A stretch of 64,000 nt of DNA, taken from the NCBI GenBank assembly GCA_964057225.1, contig OZ059900.1, positions 19,220,001-19,284,000 on the forward strand, read 5' to 3'. The first letter of the stretch is position 1. Each line of letters starts with the position of its first letter. The notes beneath the pieces were generated by a model, which saw only the letters and a program-made list of their open reading frames with translations, searched no databases and had not been told where the DNA came from. This DNA comes from Auanema rhodensis (Eukaryota; Animalia; Nematoda). Shown here piece by piece: positions 1-13,700 of this stretch. Both the position numbers and the translations under genes were made by a program.

Positions 1-342
1 CCACTTTCACGACAAAAAAACAGGGGTTAGAAAATTAAGGAAATTAGCATATTCTGAGGGCACGCCCCTTATGGCTAATATTGATTAAATCGATTTTTGT
101 TCATATGAGTCGTCAAATGCAACGAATTTCAGCGTGTTACATACTAAAATGAAGCATTTTACATGCTGAACACTAGAAAAATACAAAAACACAGTATTTC
201 CCATGAGAAATATTTTATTATGCTGGAAAACCAGTTTTTGGAAATTTCGCTGTAAACAAGGTTTTGACTTACGATTTCATGTGTTCAAACTCATGCAATG
301 TCAATGAAACCTAGCTCAAAATTGTTCGTACAACGTCTAGTT
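1..342 (+). repeat. Representative consensus-type 342-bp monomer (defines the monomer positions used below)
   Basis: Matches the most common variant at all polymorphic sites; 116/342 G+C by hand count. Confidence 0.95.
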
Positions 343-684
343 CCACTTTCACGACAAAAAAACAGGGGTTAGAAAATTAAGGAAATTAGCATATTCTGAG
401 GGCACGCCCCTTATGGCTAATATTGATTAAATCGATTTTTGTTCATATGAGTCGTCAAATGCAACGAATTTCAGCGTGTTACATACTAAAATGAAGCATT
501 TTACATGCTGAACACTAGAAGAATACAAAAACACAGTATTTCCCATGAGAAATATTTTATTATGCTGGAAAACCAGTTTTTGGAAATTTCGCTGTAAACA
601 AGGTTTTGACTTACGATTTCATGTGTTCAAACTCATGCAATGTCAATGAAACCTAGCTCAAAATTGTTCGTACAACGTCTAGTT

Positions 685-3600
685 CCACTTTCACGACAAA
701 AAAACAGGGGTTAGAAAATTAAGGAAATTAGCATATTCTGAGGGCACGCCCCTTATGGCTAATATTGATTAAATCGATTTTTGTTCATATGAGTCGTCAA
801 ATGCAACGAATTTCAGCGTGTTACACACTAAAATGAAGCATTTCACATGCTGAACACTAGAAGAATACAAAAACACAGTATTTCCCATGAGAAATATTTT
901 ATTATGCTGGAAAACCAGTTTTTCGAAATTTCGCTGTAAACAAGGTTTTGACTTACGATTTCATGTGTTCAAACTCATGCAATGTCAATGAAACCTAGCT
1001 CAAAATTGTTCGTACAACGTCTAGTTCCACTTTCACGACAAAAAAACAGGGGTTAGAAAATTAAGGAAATTAGCATATTCTGAGGGCACGCCCCTTATGG
1101 CTAATATTGATTAAATCGATTTTTGTTCATATGAGTCGTCAAATGCAACGAATTTCAGCGTGTTACATACTAAAATGAAGCATTTTACATGCTGAACACT
1201 AGAAAAATACAAAAACACAGTATTTCCCATGAGAAATATTTTATCATGCTGGAAAACCAGTTTTTGGAAATTTCGCTGTAAACAAGGTTTTGACTTACGA
1301 TTTCATGTGTTCAAACTCATGCAATGTCAATGAAACCTAGCTCAAAATTGTTTGTACAACGTCTAGTTCCACTTTCACGACAAAAAAACAAGGGTTAGAA
1401 AATTAAGGAAATTAGCATATTCTGAGGGCACGCCCCTTATGGCTAATATTGATTAATTCGATTTTTGTTCATATGAGGCGTCAAATGCAACGAATTTCAG
1501 CGTGTTACATACTAAAATGAAGCATTTTACATGCTGAACACTAGAAAAATACAAAAACACAGTATTTCCCATGAGAAATATTTTATTATGCTGGAAAACC
1601 AGTTTTTGGAAATTTCGCTGTAAACAAGGTTTTGACTTACGATTTCATGTGTTCAAACTCATGCAATGTCAATGAAACCTAGCTCAAAATTGTTCGTACA
1701 ACGTCTAGTTCCACTTTCACGACAAAAAAACAGGGGTTAGAAAATTAAGGAAATTAGCATATTCTGAGGGCACGCCCCTTATGGCTAATATTGATTAAAT
1801 CGATTTTTGTTCATATGAGTCGTCAAATGCAACGAATTTCAGCGTGTTACATACTAAAATGAAGCATTTTACATGCTGAACACTAGAAAAATACAAAAAC
1901 ACAGTATTTCCCATGAGAAATATTTTATCATGCTGGAAAACCAGTTTTTGGAAATTTCGCTGTAAACAAGGTTTTGACTTACGATTTCATGTGTTCAAAC
2001 TCATGCAATGTCAATGAAACCTAGCTCAAAATTGTTTGTACAACGTCTAGTTCCACTTTCACGACAAAAAAACAAGGGTTAGAAAATTAAGGAAATTAGC
2101 ATATTCTGAGGGCACGCCCCTTATGGCTAATATTGATTAAATCGATTTTTGTTCATATGAGTCGTCAAATGCAACGAATTTCAGCGTGTTACATACTAAA
2201 ATGAAGCATTTTACATGCTGAACACTAGAAAAATACAAAAACACAGTATTTCCCATGAGAAATATTTTATTATGCTGGAAAACCAGTTTTTGGAAATTTC
2301 GCTGTAAACAAGGTTTTGACTTACGATTTCATGTGTTCAAACTCATGCAATGTCAATGAAACCTAGCTCAAAATTGTTCGTACAACGTCTAGTTCCACTT
2401 TCACGACAAAAAAACAGGGGTTAGAAAATTAAGGAAATTAGCATATTCTGAGGGCACGCCCCTTATGGCTAATATTGATTAAATCGATTTTTGTTCATAT
2501 GAGTCGTCAAATGCAACGAATTTCAGCGTGTTACACACTAAAATGAAGCATTTCACATGCTGAACACTAGAAGAATACAAAAACACAGTATTTCCCATGA
2601 GAAATATTTTATTATGCTGGAAAACCAGTTTTTCGAAATTTCGCTGTAAACAAGGTTTTGACTTACGATTTCATGTGTTCAAACTCATGCAATGTCAATG
2701 AAACCTAGCTCAAAATTGTTCGTACAACGTCTAGTTCCACTTTCACGACAAAAAAACAGGGGTTAGAAAATTAAGGAAATTAGCATATTCTGAGGGCACG
2801 CCCCTTATGGCTAATATTGATTAAATCGATTTTTGTTCATATGAGTCGTCAAATGCAACGAATTTCAGCGTGTTACATACTAAAATGAAGCATTTTACAT
2901 GCTGAACACTAGAAAAATACAAAAACACAGTATTTCCCATGAGAAATATTTTATCATGCTGGAAAACCAGTTTTTGGAAATTTCGCTGTAAACAAGGTTT
3001 TGACTTACGATTTCATGTGTTCAAACTCATGCAATGTCAATGAAACCTAGCTCAAAATTGTTTGTACAACGTCTAGTTCCACTTTCACGACAAAAAAACA
3101 AGGGTTAGAAAATTAAGGAAATTAGCATATTCTGAGGGCACGCCCCTTATGGCTAATATTGATTAAATCGATTTTTGTTCATATGAGTCGTCAAATGCAA
3201 CGAATTTCAGCGTGTTACATACTAAAATGAAGCATTTTACATGCTGAACACTAGAAAAATACAAAAACACAGTATTTCCCATGAGAAATATTTTATTATG
3301 CTGGAAAACCAGTTTTTGGAAATTTCGCTGTAAACAAGGTTTTGACTTACGATTTCATGTGTTCAAACTCATGCAATGTCAATGAAACCTAGCTCAAAAT
3401 TGTTCGTACAACGTCTAGTTCCACTTTCACGACAAAAAAACAGGGGTTAGAAAATTAAGGAAATTAGCATATTCTGAGGGCACGCCCTTTATGGCTAATA
3501 TTGATTAAATCGATTTTTGTTCATATGAGTCGTCAAATGCAACGAATTTCAGCGTGTTACACACTAAAATGAAGCATTTCACATGCTGAACACTAGAAGA

Positions 3601-4788
3601 ATACAAAAACACAGTATTTCCCATGAGAAATATTTTATTATGCTGGAAAACCAGTTTTTCGAAATTTCGCTGTAAACAAGGTTTTGACTTACGATTTCAT
3701 GTGTTCAAACTCATGCAATGTCAATGAAACCTAGCTCAAAATTGTTCGTACAACGTCTAGTTCCACTTTCACGACAAAAAAACAGGGGTTAGAAAATTAA
3801 GGAAATTAGCATATTCTGAGGGCACGCCCCTTATGGCTAATATTGATTAAATCGATTTTTGTTCATATGAGTCGTCAAATGCAACGAATTTCAGCGTGTT
3901 ACATACTAAAATGAAGCATTTTACATGCTGAACACTAGAAAAATACAAAAACACAGTATTTCCCATGAGAAATATTTTATCATGCTGGAAAACCAGTTTT
4001 TGGAAATTTCGCTGTAAACAAGGTTTTGACTTACGATTTCATGTGTTCAAACTCATGCAATGTCAATGAAACCTAGCTCAAAATTGTTTGTACAACGTCT
4101 AGTTCCACTTTCACGACAAAAAAACAAGGGTTAGAAAATTAAGGAAATTAGCATATTCTGAGGGCACGCCCCTTATGGCTAATATTGATTAAATCGATTT
4201 TTGTTCATATGAGTCGTCAAATGCAACGAATTTCAGCGTGTTACATACTAAAATGAAGCATTTTACATGCTGAACACTAGAAAAATACAAAAACACAGTA
4301 TTTCCCATGAGAAATATTTTATTATGCTGGAAAACCAGTTTTTGGAAATTTCGCTGTAAACAAGGTTTTGACTTACGATTTCATGTGTTCAAACTCATGC
4401 AATGTCAATGAAACCTAGCTCAAAATTGTTCGTACAACGTCTAGTTCCACTTTCACGACAAAAAAACAGGGGTTAGAAAATTAAGGAAATTAGCATATTC
4501 TGAGGGCACGCCCCTTATGGCTAATATTGATTAAATCGATTTTTGTTCATATGAGTCGTCAAATGCAACGAATTTCAGCGTGTTACACACTAAAATGAAG
4601 CATTTCACATGCTGAACACTAGAAGAATACAAAAACACAGTATTTCCCATGAGAAATATTTTATTATGCTGGAAAACCAGTTTTTCGAAATTTCGCTGTA
4701 AACAAGGTTTTGACTTACGATTTCATGTGTTCAAACTCATGCAATGTCAATGAAACCTAGCTCAAAATTGTTCGTACAACGTCTAGTT
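685..4788 (+). repeat. Local 3-monomer HOR (1,026 bp), order ABC-BC-ABC-ABC-A
   Basis: A-type monomers (TACACAC, TTTCAC, AGAAGAAT, TTTTCGAA) start at 685, 2395, 3421 and 4447. B-type carries TATCATG + TTTGTAC. C-type carries CAAGGG. Confidence 0.85.
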
Positions 4789-7700
4789 CCACTTTCACGA
4801 CAAAAAAACAGGGGTTAGAAAATTAAGGAAATTAGCATATTCTGAGGGCACGCCCCTTATGGCTAATATTGATTAAATCGATTTTTGTTCATATGAGTCG
4901 TCAAATGCAACGAATTTCAGCGTGTTACATACTAAAATGAAGCATTTTACATGCTGAACACTAGAAAAATACAAAAACACAGTATTTCCCATGAGAAATA
5001 TTTTATCATGCTGGAAAACCAGTTTTTGGAAATTTCGCTGTAAACAAGGTTTTGACTTACGATTTCATGTGTTCAAACTCATGCAATGTCAATGAAACCT
5101 AGCTCAAAATTGTTCGTACAACGTCTAGTTCCACTTTCACGACAAAAAAACAGGGGTTAGAAAATTAAGGAAATTAGCATATTCTGAGGGCACGCCCCTT
5201 ATGGCTAATATTGATTAAATCGATTTTTGTTCATATGAGTCGTCAAATGCAACGAATTTCAGCGTGTTACACATTAAAATGAAGCATTTTACATGCTGAA
5301 CACTAGAAAAATACAAAAACACAGTATTTCCCATGAGAAATATTTTATCATGCTGGAAAACCAGTTTTTGGAAATTTCGCTGTAAACAAGGTTTTGACTT
5401 ACGATTTCATGTGTTCAAACTCATGCAATGTCAATGAAACCTAGCTCAAAATTGTTTGTACAACGTCTAGTTCCACTTTCACGACAAAAAAACAGGGGTT
5501 AGAAAATTAAGGAAATTAGCATATTCTGAGGGCACGCCCCTTATGGCTAATATTGATTAAATCGATTTTTGTTCATATGAGTCGTCAAATGCAACGAATT
5601 TCAGCGTGTTACAAACTAAAATGAAGCATTTTACATGCTGAACACTAGAAAAATACAAAAACACAGTGTTTCCCATGAGAAATATTTTATTATGCTGGAA
5701 AACCAGTTTTTGGAAATTTCGCTGTAAACAAGGTTTTGACTTACGATTTCATGTGTTCAAACTCATGCAACGTCAATGAAACCTAGCTCAAAATTGTTCG
5801 TACAGCGTCTAGTTCCACTTTCACGACAAAAAAACAGGGGTTAGAAAATTAAGGAAATTAGCATATTCTGAGGGCACGCCCCTTATGGCTAATATTGATT
5901 AAATCGATTTTTGTTCATATGAGTCGTCAAATGCAACGAATTTCAGCGTGTTACATACTAAAATGAAGCATTTTACATGCTGAACACTAGAAAAATACAA
6001 AAACACAGTATTTCCCATGAGAAATATTTTATTATGCTGGAAAACCAGTTTTTGGAAATTTCGCTGTAAACAAGGTTTTGACTTACGATTTCATGTGTTC
6101 AAACTCATGCAATGTCAATGAAACCTAGCTCAAAATTGTTCGTACAACGTCTAGTTCCACTTTCACGACAAAAAAACAGGGGTTAGAAAATTAAGGAAAT
6201 TAGCATATTCTGAGGGCACGCCCCTTATGGCTAATATTGATTAAATCGATTTTTGTTCATATGAGTCGTCAAATGCAACGAATTTCAGCGTGTTACATAC
6301 TAAAATGAAGCATTTTACATGCTGAACACTAGAAAAATACAAAAACACAGTATTTCCCATGAGAAATATTTTATTATGCTGGAAAACCAGTTTTTGGAAA
6401 TTTCGCTGTAAACAAGGTTTTGACTTACGATTTCATGTGTTCAAACTCATGCAATGTCAATGAAACCTAGCTCAAAATTGTTCGTACAACGTCTAGTTCC
6501 ACTTTCACGACAAAAAAACAGGGGTTAGAAAATTAAGGAAATTAGCATATTCTGAGGGCACGCCCCTTATGGCTAATATTGATTAAATCGATTTTTGTTC
6601 ATATGAGTCGTCAAATGCAACGAATTTCAGCGTGTTACATACTAAAATGAAGCATTTTACATGCTGAACACTAGAAGAATACAAAAACACAGTATTTCCC
6701 ATGAGAAATATTTTATTATGCTGGAAAACCAGTTTTTGGAAATTTCGCTGTAAACAAGGTTTTGACTTACGATTTCATGTGTTCAAACTCATGCAATGTC
6801 AATGAAACCTAGCTCAAAATTGTTCGTACAACGTCTAGTTCCACTTTCACGACAAAAAAACAGGGGTTAGAAAATTAAGGAAATTAGCATATTCTGAGGG
6901 CACGCCCCTTATGGCTAATATTGATTAAATCGATTTTTGTTCATATGAGTCGTCAAATGCAACGAATTTCAGCGTGTTACATACTAAAATGAAGCATTTT
7001 ACATGCTGAACACTAGAAAAATACAAAAACACAGTATTTCCCATGAGAAATATTTTATTATGCTGGAAAACCAGTTTTTGGAAATTTCGCTGTAAACAAG
7101 GTTTTGACTTACGATTTCATGTGTTCAAACTCATGCAATGTCAATGAAACCTAGCTCAAAATTGTTCGTACAACGTCTAGTTCCACTTTCACGACAAAAA
7201 AACAGGGGTTAGAAAATTAAGGAAATTAGCATATTCTGAGGGCACGCCCCTTATGGCTAATATTGATTAAATCGATTTTTGTTCATATGAGTCGTCAAAT
7301 GCAACGAATTTCAGCGTGTTACATACTAAAATGAAGCATTTTACATGCTGAACACTAGAAGAATACAAAAACACAGTATTTCCCATGAGAAATATTTTAT
7401 TATGCTGGAAAACCAGTTTTTGGAAATTTCGCTGTAAACAAGGTTTTGACTTACGATTTCATGTGTTCAAACTCATGCAATGTCAATGAAACCTAGCTCA
7501 AAATTGTTCGTACAACGTCTAGTTCCACTTTCACGACAAAAAAACAGGGGTTAGAAAATTAAGGAAATTAGCATATTCTGAGGGCACGCCCCTTATGGCT
7601 AATATTGATTAAATCGATTTTTGTTCATATGAGTCGTCAAATGCAACGAATTTCAGCGTGTTACATACTAAAATGAAGCATTTCACATGCTGAACACTAG

Positions 7701-10700
7701 AAAAATACAAAAACACAGTATTTCCCATGAGAAATATTTTATTATGCTGGAAAACCAGTTTTTGGAAATTTCGCTGTAAACAAGGTTTTGACTTACGATT
7801 TCATGTGTTCAAACTCATGCAATGTCAATGAAACCTAGCTCAAAATTGTTCGTACAACGTCTAGTTCCACTTTCACGACAAAAAAACAGGGGTTAGAAAA
7901 TTAAAAAAATTAGCATATTCTGAGGGCACGCCCCTTATGGCTAATATTGATTAAATCGATTTTTGTTCATATGAGTCGTCAAATGCAACGAATTTCAGCG
8001 TGTTACATACTAAAATGAAGCATTTTACATGCTGAACACTAGAAAAATACAAAAACACAGTATTTCCCATGAGAAATATTTTATTATGCTGGAAAACCAG
8101 TTTTTGGAAATTTCGCTGTAAACAAGGTTTTGACTTACGATTTCATGTGTTCAAACTCATGCAATGTCAATGAAACCTAGCTCAAAATTGTTCGTACAAC
8201 GTCTAGTTCCACTTTCACGACAAAAAAACAGGGGTTAGAAAATTAAGGAAATTAGCATATTCTGAGGGCACGCCCCTTATGGCTAATATTGATTAAATCG
8301 ATTTTTGTTCATATGAGTCGTCAAATGCAACGAATTTCATCGTGTTACATACTAAAATGAAGCATTTCACATGCTGAACACTAGAAAAATACAAAAACAC
8401 AGTATTTCCCATGAGAAATATTTTATCATGCTGGAAAACCAGTTTTTGGAAATTTCGCTGTAAACAAGGTTTTGACTTACGATTTCATATGTTCAAACTC
8501 ATGCAATGTCAATGAAACCTAGCTCAAAATTGTTTGTACAACGTCTAGTTCCACTTGCACGACAAAAAAACAGGGGTTAGAAAATTAAGGAAATTAGCAT
8601 ATTCTGAGGGCACGCCCCTTATGGCTAATATTGATTAAATCGATTTTTGTTCATATGAGTCGTCAAATGCAACGAATTTCAGCGTGTTACATACTAAAAT
8701 GAAGCATTTTACATGCTGAACACTAGAAAAATACAAAAACACAGTGTTTCCCATGAGAAATATTTTATTATGCTGGAAAACCAGTTTTTGGAAATTTCGC
8801 TGTAAACAAGGTTTTGACTTACGATTTCATGTGTTCAAACTCATGCAATGTCAATGAAACCTAGCTCAAAATTGTTCGTACAACGTCTAGTTCCACTTTC
8901 ACGACAAAAAAACAGGGGTTAGAAAATTAAGGAAATTAGCATATTCTGAGGGCACGCCCCTTATGGCTAATATTGATTAAATCGATTTTTGTTCATATGA
9001 GTCGTCAAATGCAACGAATTTCAGCGTGTTACATACTAAAATGAAGCATTTTACATGCTGAACACTAGAAAAATACAAAAACACAGTATTTCCCATGAGA
9101 AATATTTTATTATGCTGGAAAACCAGTTTTTGGAAATTTCGCTGTAAACAAGGTTTTGACTTACGATTTCATGTGTTCAAACTCATGCAATGTCAATGAA
9201 ACCTAGCTCAAAATTGTTCGTACAACGTCTAGTTCCACTTTCACGACAAAAAAACAGGGGTTAGAAAATTAAGGAAATTAGCATATTCTGAGGGCACGCC
9301 CCTTATGGCTAATATTGATTAAATCGATTTTTGTTCATATGAGTCGTCAAATGCAACGAATTTCAGCGTGTTACATACTAAAATGAAGCATTTTACATGC
9401 TGAACACTAGAAAAAAACAAAAACACAGTATTTCCCATGAGAAATATTTTATTATGCTGGAAAACCAGTTTTTGGAAATTTCGCTGTAAACAAGGTTTTG
9501 ACTTACGATTTCATGTGTTCAAACTCATGCAATGTCAATGAAACCTAGCTCAAAATTGTTCGTACAACGTCTAGTTCCACTTTCACGACAAAAAAACAGG
9601 GGTTAGAAAATTAAGGAAATTAGCATATTCTGAGGGCACGCCCCTTATGGCTAATATTGATTAAATCGATTTTTGTTCATATGAGTCATCAAATGCAACG
9701 AATTTCATCGTGTTACATACTAAAATGAAGCATTTTACATGCTGAACACTAGAAAAATACAAAAACACAGTATTTCCCATGAGAAATATTTTATCATGCT
9801 GGAAAACCAGTTTTTGGAAATTTCGCTGTAAACAAGGTTTTGACTTACGATTTCATATGTTCAAACTCATGCAATGTCAATGAAACCTAGCTCAAAATTG
9901 TTTGTACAACGTCTAGTTCCACTTTCACGACAAAAAAACAAGGGTTAGAAAATTAAGGAAATTAGCATATTCTGAGGGCACGCCCCTTATGGCTAATATT
10001 GATTAAATCGATTTTTGTTCATATGAGTCGTCAAATGCAACGAATTTCAGCGTGTTACATACTAAAATGAAGCATTTTACATGCTGAACACTAGAAGAAT
10101 ACAAAAACACAGTATTTCCCATGAGAAATATTTTATTATGCTGGAAAACCAGTTTTTGGAAATTTCGCTGTAAACAAGGTTTTGACTTACGATTTCATGT
10201 GTTCAAACTCATGCAATGTCAATGAAACCTAGCTCAAAATTGTTCGTACAACGTCTAGTTCCACTTTCACGACAAAAAAACAGGGGTTAGAAAATTAAGG
10301 AAATTAGCATATTCTGAGGGCACGCCCCTTATGGCTAATATTGATTAAATCGATTTTTGTTCATATGAGTCGTCAAATGCAACGAATTTCAGCGTGTTAC
10401 ATACTAAAATGAAGCATTTTACATGCTGAACACTAGAAAAATACGAAAACACAGTATTTCCCATGAGAAATATTTTATTATGCTGGAAAACCAGTTTTTG
10501 GAAATTTCGCTGTAAACAAGGTTTTGACTTACGATTTCATGTGTTCAAACTCATGCAATGTCAATGAAACCTAGCTCAAAATTGTTCGTACAACGTCTAG
10601 TTCCACTTTCACGACAAAAAAACAGGGGTTAGAAAATTAAAAAAATTAGCATATTCTGAGGGCACGCCCCTTATGGCTAATATTGATTAAATCGATTTTT

Positions 10701-13700
10701 GTTCATATGAGTCGTCAAATGCAACGAATTTCAGCGTGTTACATACTAAAATGAAGCATTTTACATGCTGAACACTAGAAGAATACAAAAACACAGTATT
10801 TCCCATGAGAAATATTTTATTATGCTGGAAAACCAGTTTTTGGAAATTTCGCTGTAAACAAGGTTTTGACTTACGATTTCATGTGTTCAAACTCATGCAA
10901 TGTCAATGAAACCTAGCTCAAAATTGTTCGTACAACGTCTAGTTCCACTTTCACGACAAAAAAACAGGGGTTAGAAAATTAAGGAAATTAGCATATTCTG
11001 AGGGCACGCCCCTTATGGCTAATATTGATTAAATCGATTTTTGTTCATATGAGTCGTCAAATGCAACGAATTTCAGCGTGTTACATACTAAAATGAAGCA
11101 TTTTACATGCTGAACACTAGAAAAATACAAAAACACAGTATTTCCCATGAGAAATATTTTATCATGCTGGAAAACCAGTTTTTGGAAATTTCGCTGTAAA
11201 CAAGGTTTTGACTTACGATTTCATGTGTTCAAACTCATGCAATGTCAATGAAACCTAGCTCAAAATTGTTTGTACAACGTCTAGTTCCACTTTCACGACA
11301 AAAAAACAAGGGTTAGAAAATTAAGGAAATTAGCATATTCTGAGGGCACGCCCCTTATGGCTAATATTGATTAAATCGATTTTTGTTCATATGAGTCGTC
11401 AAATGCAACGAATTTCAGCGTGTTACATACTAAAATGAAGCATTTTACATGCTGAACACTAGAAAAATACAAAAACACAGTATTTCCCATGAGAAATATT
11501 TTATTATGCTGGAAAACCAGTTTTTGGAAATTTCGCTGTAAACAAGGTTTTGACTTACGATTTCATGTGTTCAAACTCATGGAATGTCAATGAAACCTAG
11601 CTCAAAATTGTTCGTACAACGTCTAGTTCCACTTTCACGACAAAAAAACAGGGGTTAGAAAATTAAGGAAATTAGCATATTCTGAGGGCACGCCCCTTAT
11701 GGCTAATATTGATTAAATCGATTTTTGTTCATATGAGTCGTCAAATGCAACGAATTTCAGCGTGTTACACACTAAAATGAAGCATTTTACATGCTGAACA
11801 CTAGAAGAATACAAAAACACAGTATTTCCCATGAGAAATATTTTATTATGCTGGAAAACCAGTTTTTCGAAATTTCGCTGTAAACAAGGTTTTGACTTAC
11901 GATTTCATGTGTTCAAACTCATGCAATGTCAATGAAACCTAGCTCAAAATTGTTTGTACAACGTCTAGTTCCACTTTCACGACAAAAAAACAGGGGTTAG
12001 AAAATTAAGGAAATTAGCATATTCTGAGGGCACGCCCCTTATGGCTAATATTGATTAAATCGATTTTTGTTCATATGAGTCGTCAAATGCAACGAATTTC
12101 AGCGTGTTACATACTAAAATGAAGCATTTTACATGCTGAACACTAGAAGAATACAAAAACACAGTATTTCCCATGAGAAATATTTTATTATGCTGGAAAA
12201 CCAGTTTTTGGAAATTTCGCTGTAAACAAGGTTTTGACTTACGATTTCATGTGTTCAAACTCATGCAATGTCAATGAAACCTAGCTCAAAATTGTTCGTA
12301 CAACGTCTAGTTCCACTTTCACGACAAAAAAACAGGGGTTAGAAAATTAAGGAAATTAGCATATTCTGAGGGCACGCCCCTTATGGCTAATATTGATTAA
12401 ATCGATTTTTGTTCATATGAGTCGTCAAATGCAACGAATTTCAGCGTGTTACATACTAAAATGAAGCATTTTACATGCTGAACACTAGAAAAATACGAAA
12501 ACACAGTATTTCCCATGAGAAATATTTTATTATGCTGGAAAACCAGTTTTTGGAAATTTCGCTGTAAACAAGGTTTTGACTTACGATTTCATGTGTTCAA
12601 ACTCATGCAATGTCAATGAAACCTAGCTCAAAATTGTTCGTACAACGTCTAGTTCCACTTTCACGACAAAAAAACAGGGGTTAGAAAATTAAAAAAATTA
12701 GCATATTCTGAGGGCACGCCCCTTATGGCTAATATTGATTAAATCGATTTTTGTTCATATGAGTCGTCAAATGCAACGAATTTCAGCGTGTTACATACTA
12801 AAACGAAGCATTTTACATGCTGAACACTAGAAAAATACAAAAACACAGTATTTCCCATGAGAAATATTTTATTATGCTGGAAAACCAGTTTTTGGAAATT
12901 TCGCTGTAAACAAGGTTTTGACTTACGATTTCATGTGTTCAAACTCATGCAATGTCAATGTAACCTAGCTCAAAATTGTTCGTACAACGTCTAGTTCCAC
13001 TTTCACGACAAAAAAACAGGGGTTAGAAAATTAAGGAAATTAGCATATTCTGAGGGCACGCCCCTTATGGCTAATATTGATTAAATCGATTTTTGTTCAT
13101 ATGAGTCGTCAAATGCAACGAATTTCAGCGTGTTACATACTAAAATGAAGCATTTTACATGCTGAACACTAGAAAAATACAAAAACACAGTATTTCCCAT
13201 GAGAAATATTTTATTATGCTGGAAAACCAGTTTTTGGAAATTTCGCTGTAAACAAGGTTTTGACTTACGATTTCATGTGTTCAAACTCATGCAATGTCAA
13301 TGAAACCTAGCTCAAAATTGTTCGTACAACGTCTAGTTCCACTTTCACGACAAAAAAACAGGGGTTAGAAAATTAAGGAAATTAGCATATTCTGAGGGCA
13401 CGCCCCTTATGGCTAATATTGATTAAATCGATTTTTGTTCATATGAGTCGTCAAATGCAACGAATTTCAGCGTGTTACATACTAAAATGAAGCATTTTAC
13501 ATGCTGAACACTAGAAAAATACAAAAACACAGTATTTCCCATGAGAAATATTTTATTATGCTGGAAAACCAGTTTTTGGAAATTTCGCTGTAAACAAGGT
13601 TTTGACTTATGATTTCATGTGTTCAAACTCATGCAATGTCAATGAAACCTAGCTCAAAATTGTTTGTACAACGTCTAGTTCCACTTTCACGACAAAAAAA

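Noticed and set aside
23-30. Telomere-like GGGGTTAG motif
   Set aside because: There is one copy per monomer and it is not tandem, which is expected by chance.
324-340. Possible CENP-B box (GTTCGTACAACGTCTAG)
   Set aside because: It matches TTCG and the central A of NTTCGNNNNANNCGGGN but lacks the essential CGGG, and the CpG is frequently mutated to TTTG.
1-342. 5S rRNA, tRNA or snRNA tandem gene unit, or a named satellite family
   Set aside because: I recognise no structural-RNA sequence or Pol III box, and cannot confidently match a known satellite. A BLAST/Dfam/Rfam search would be needed.
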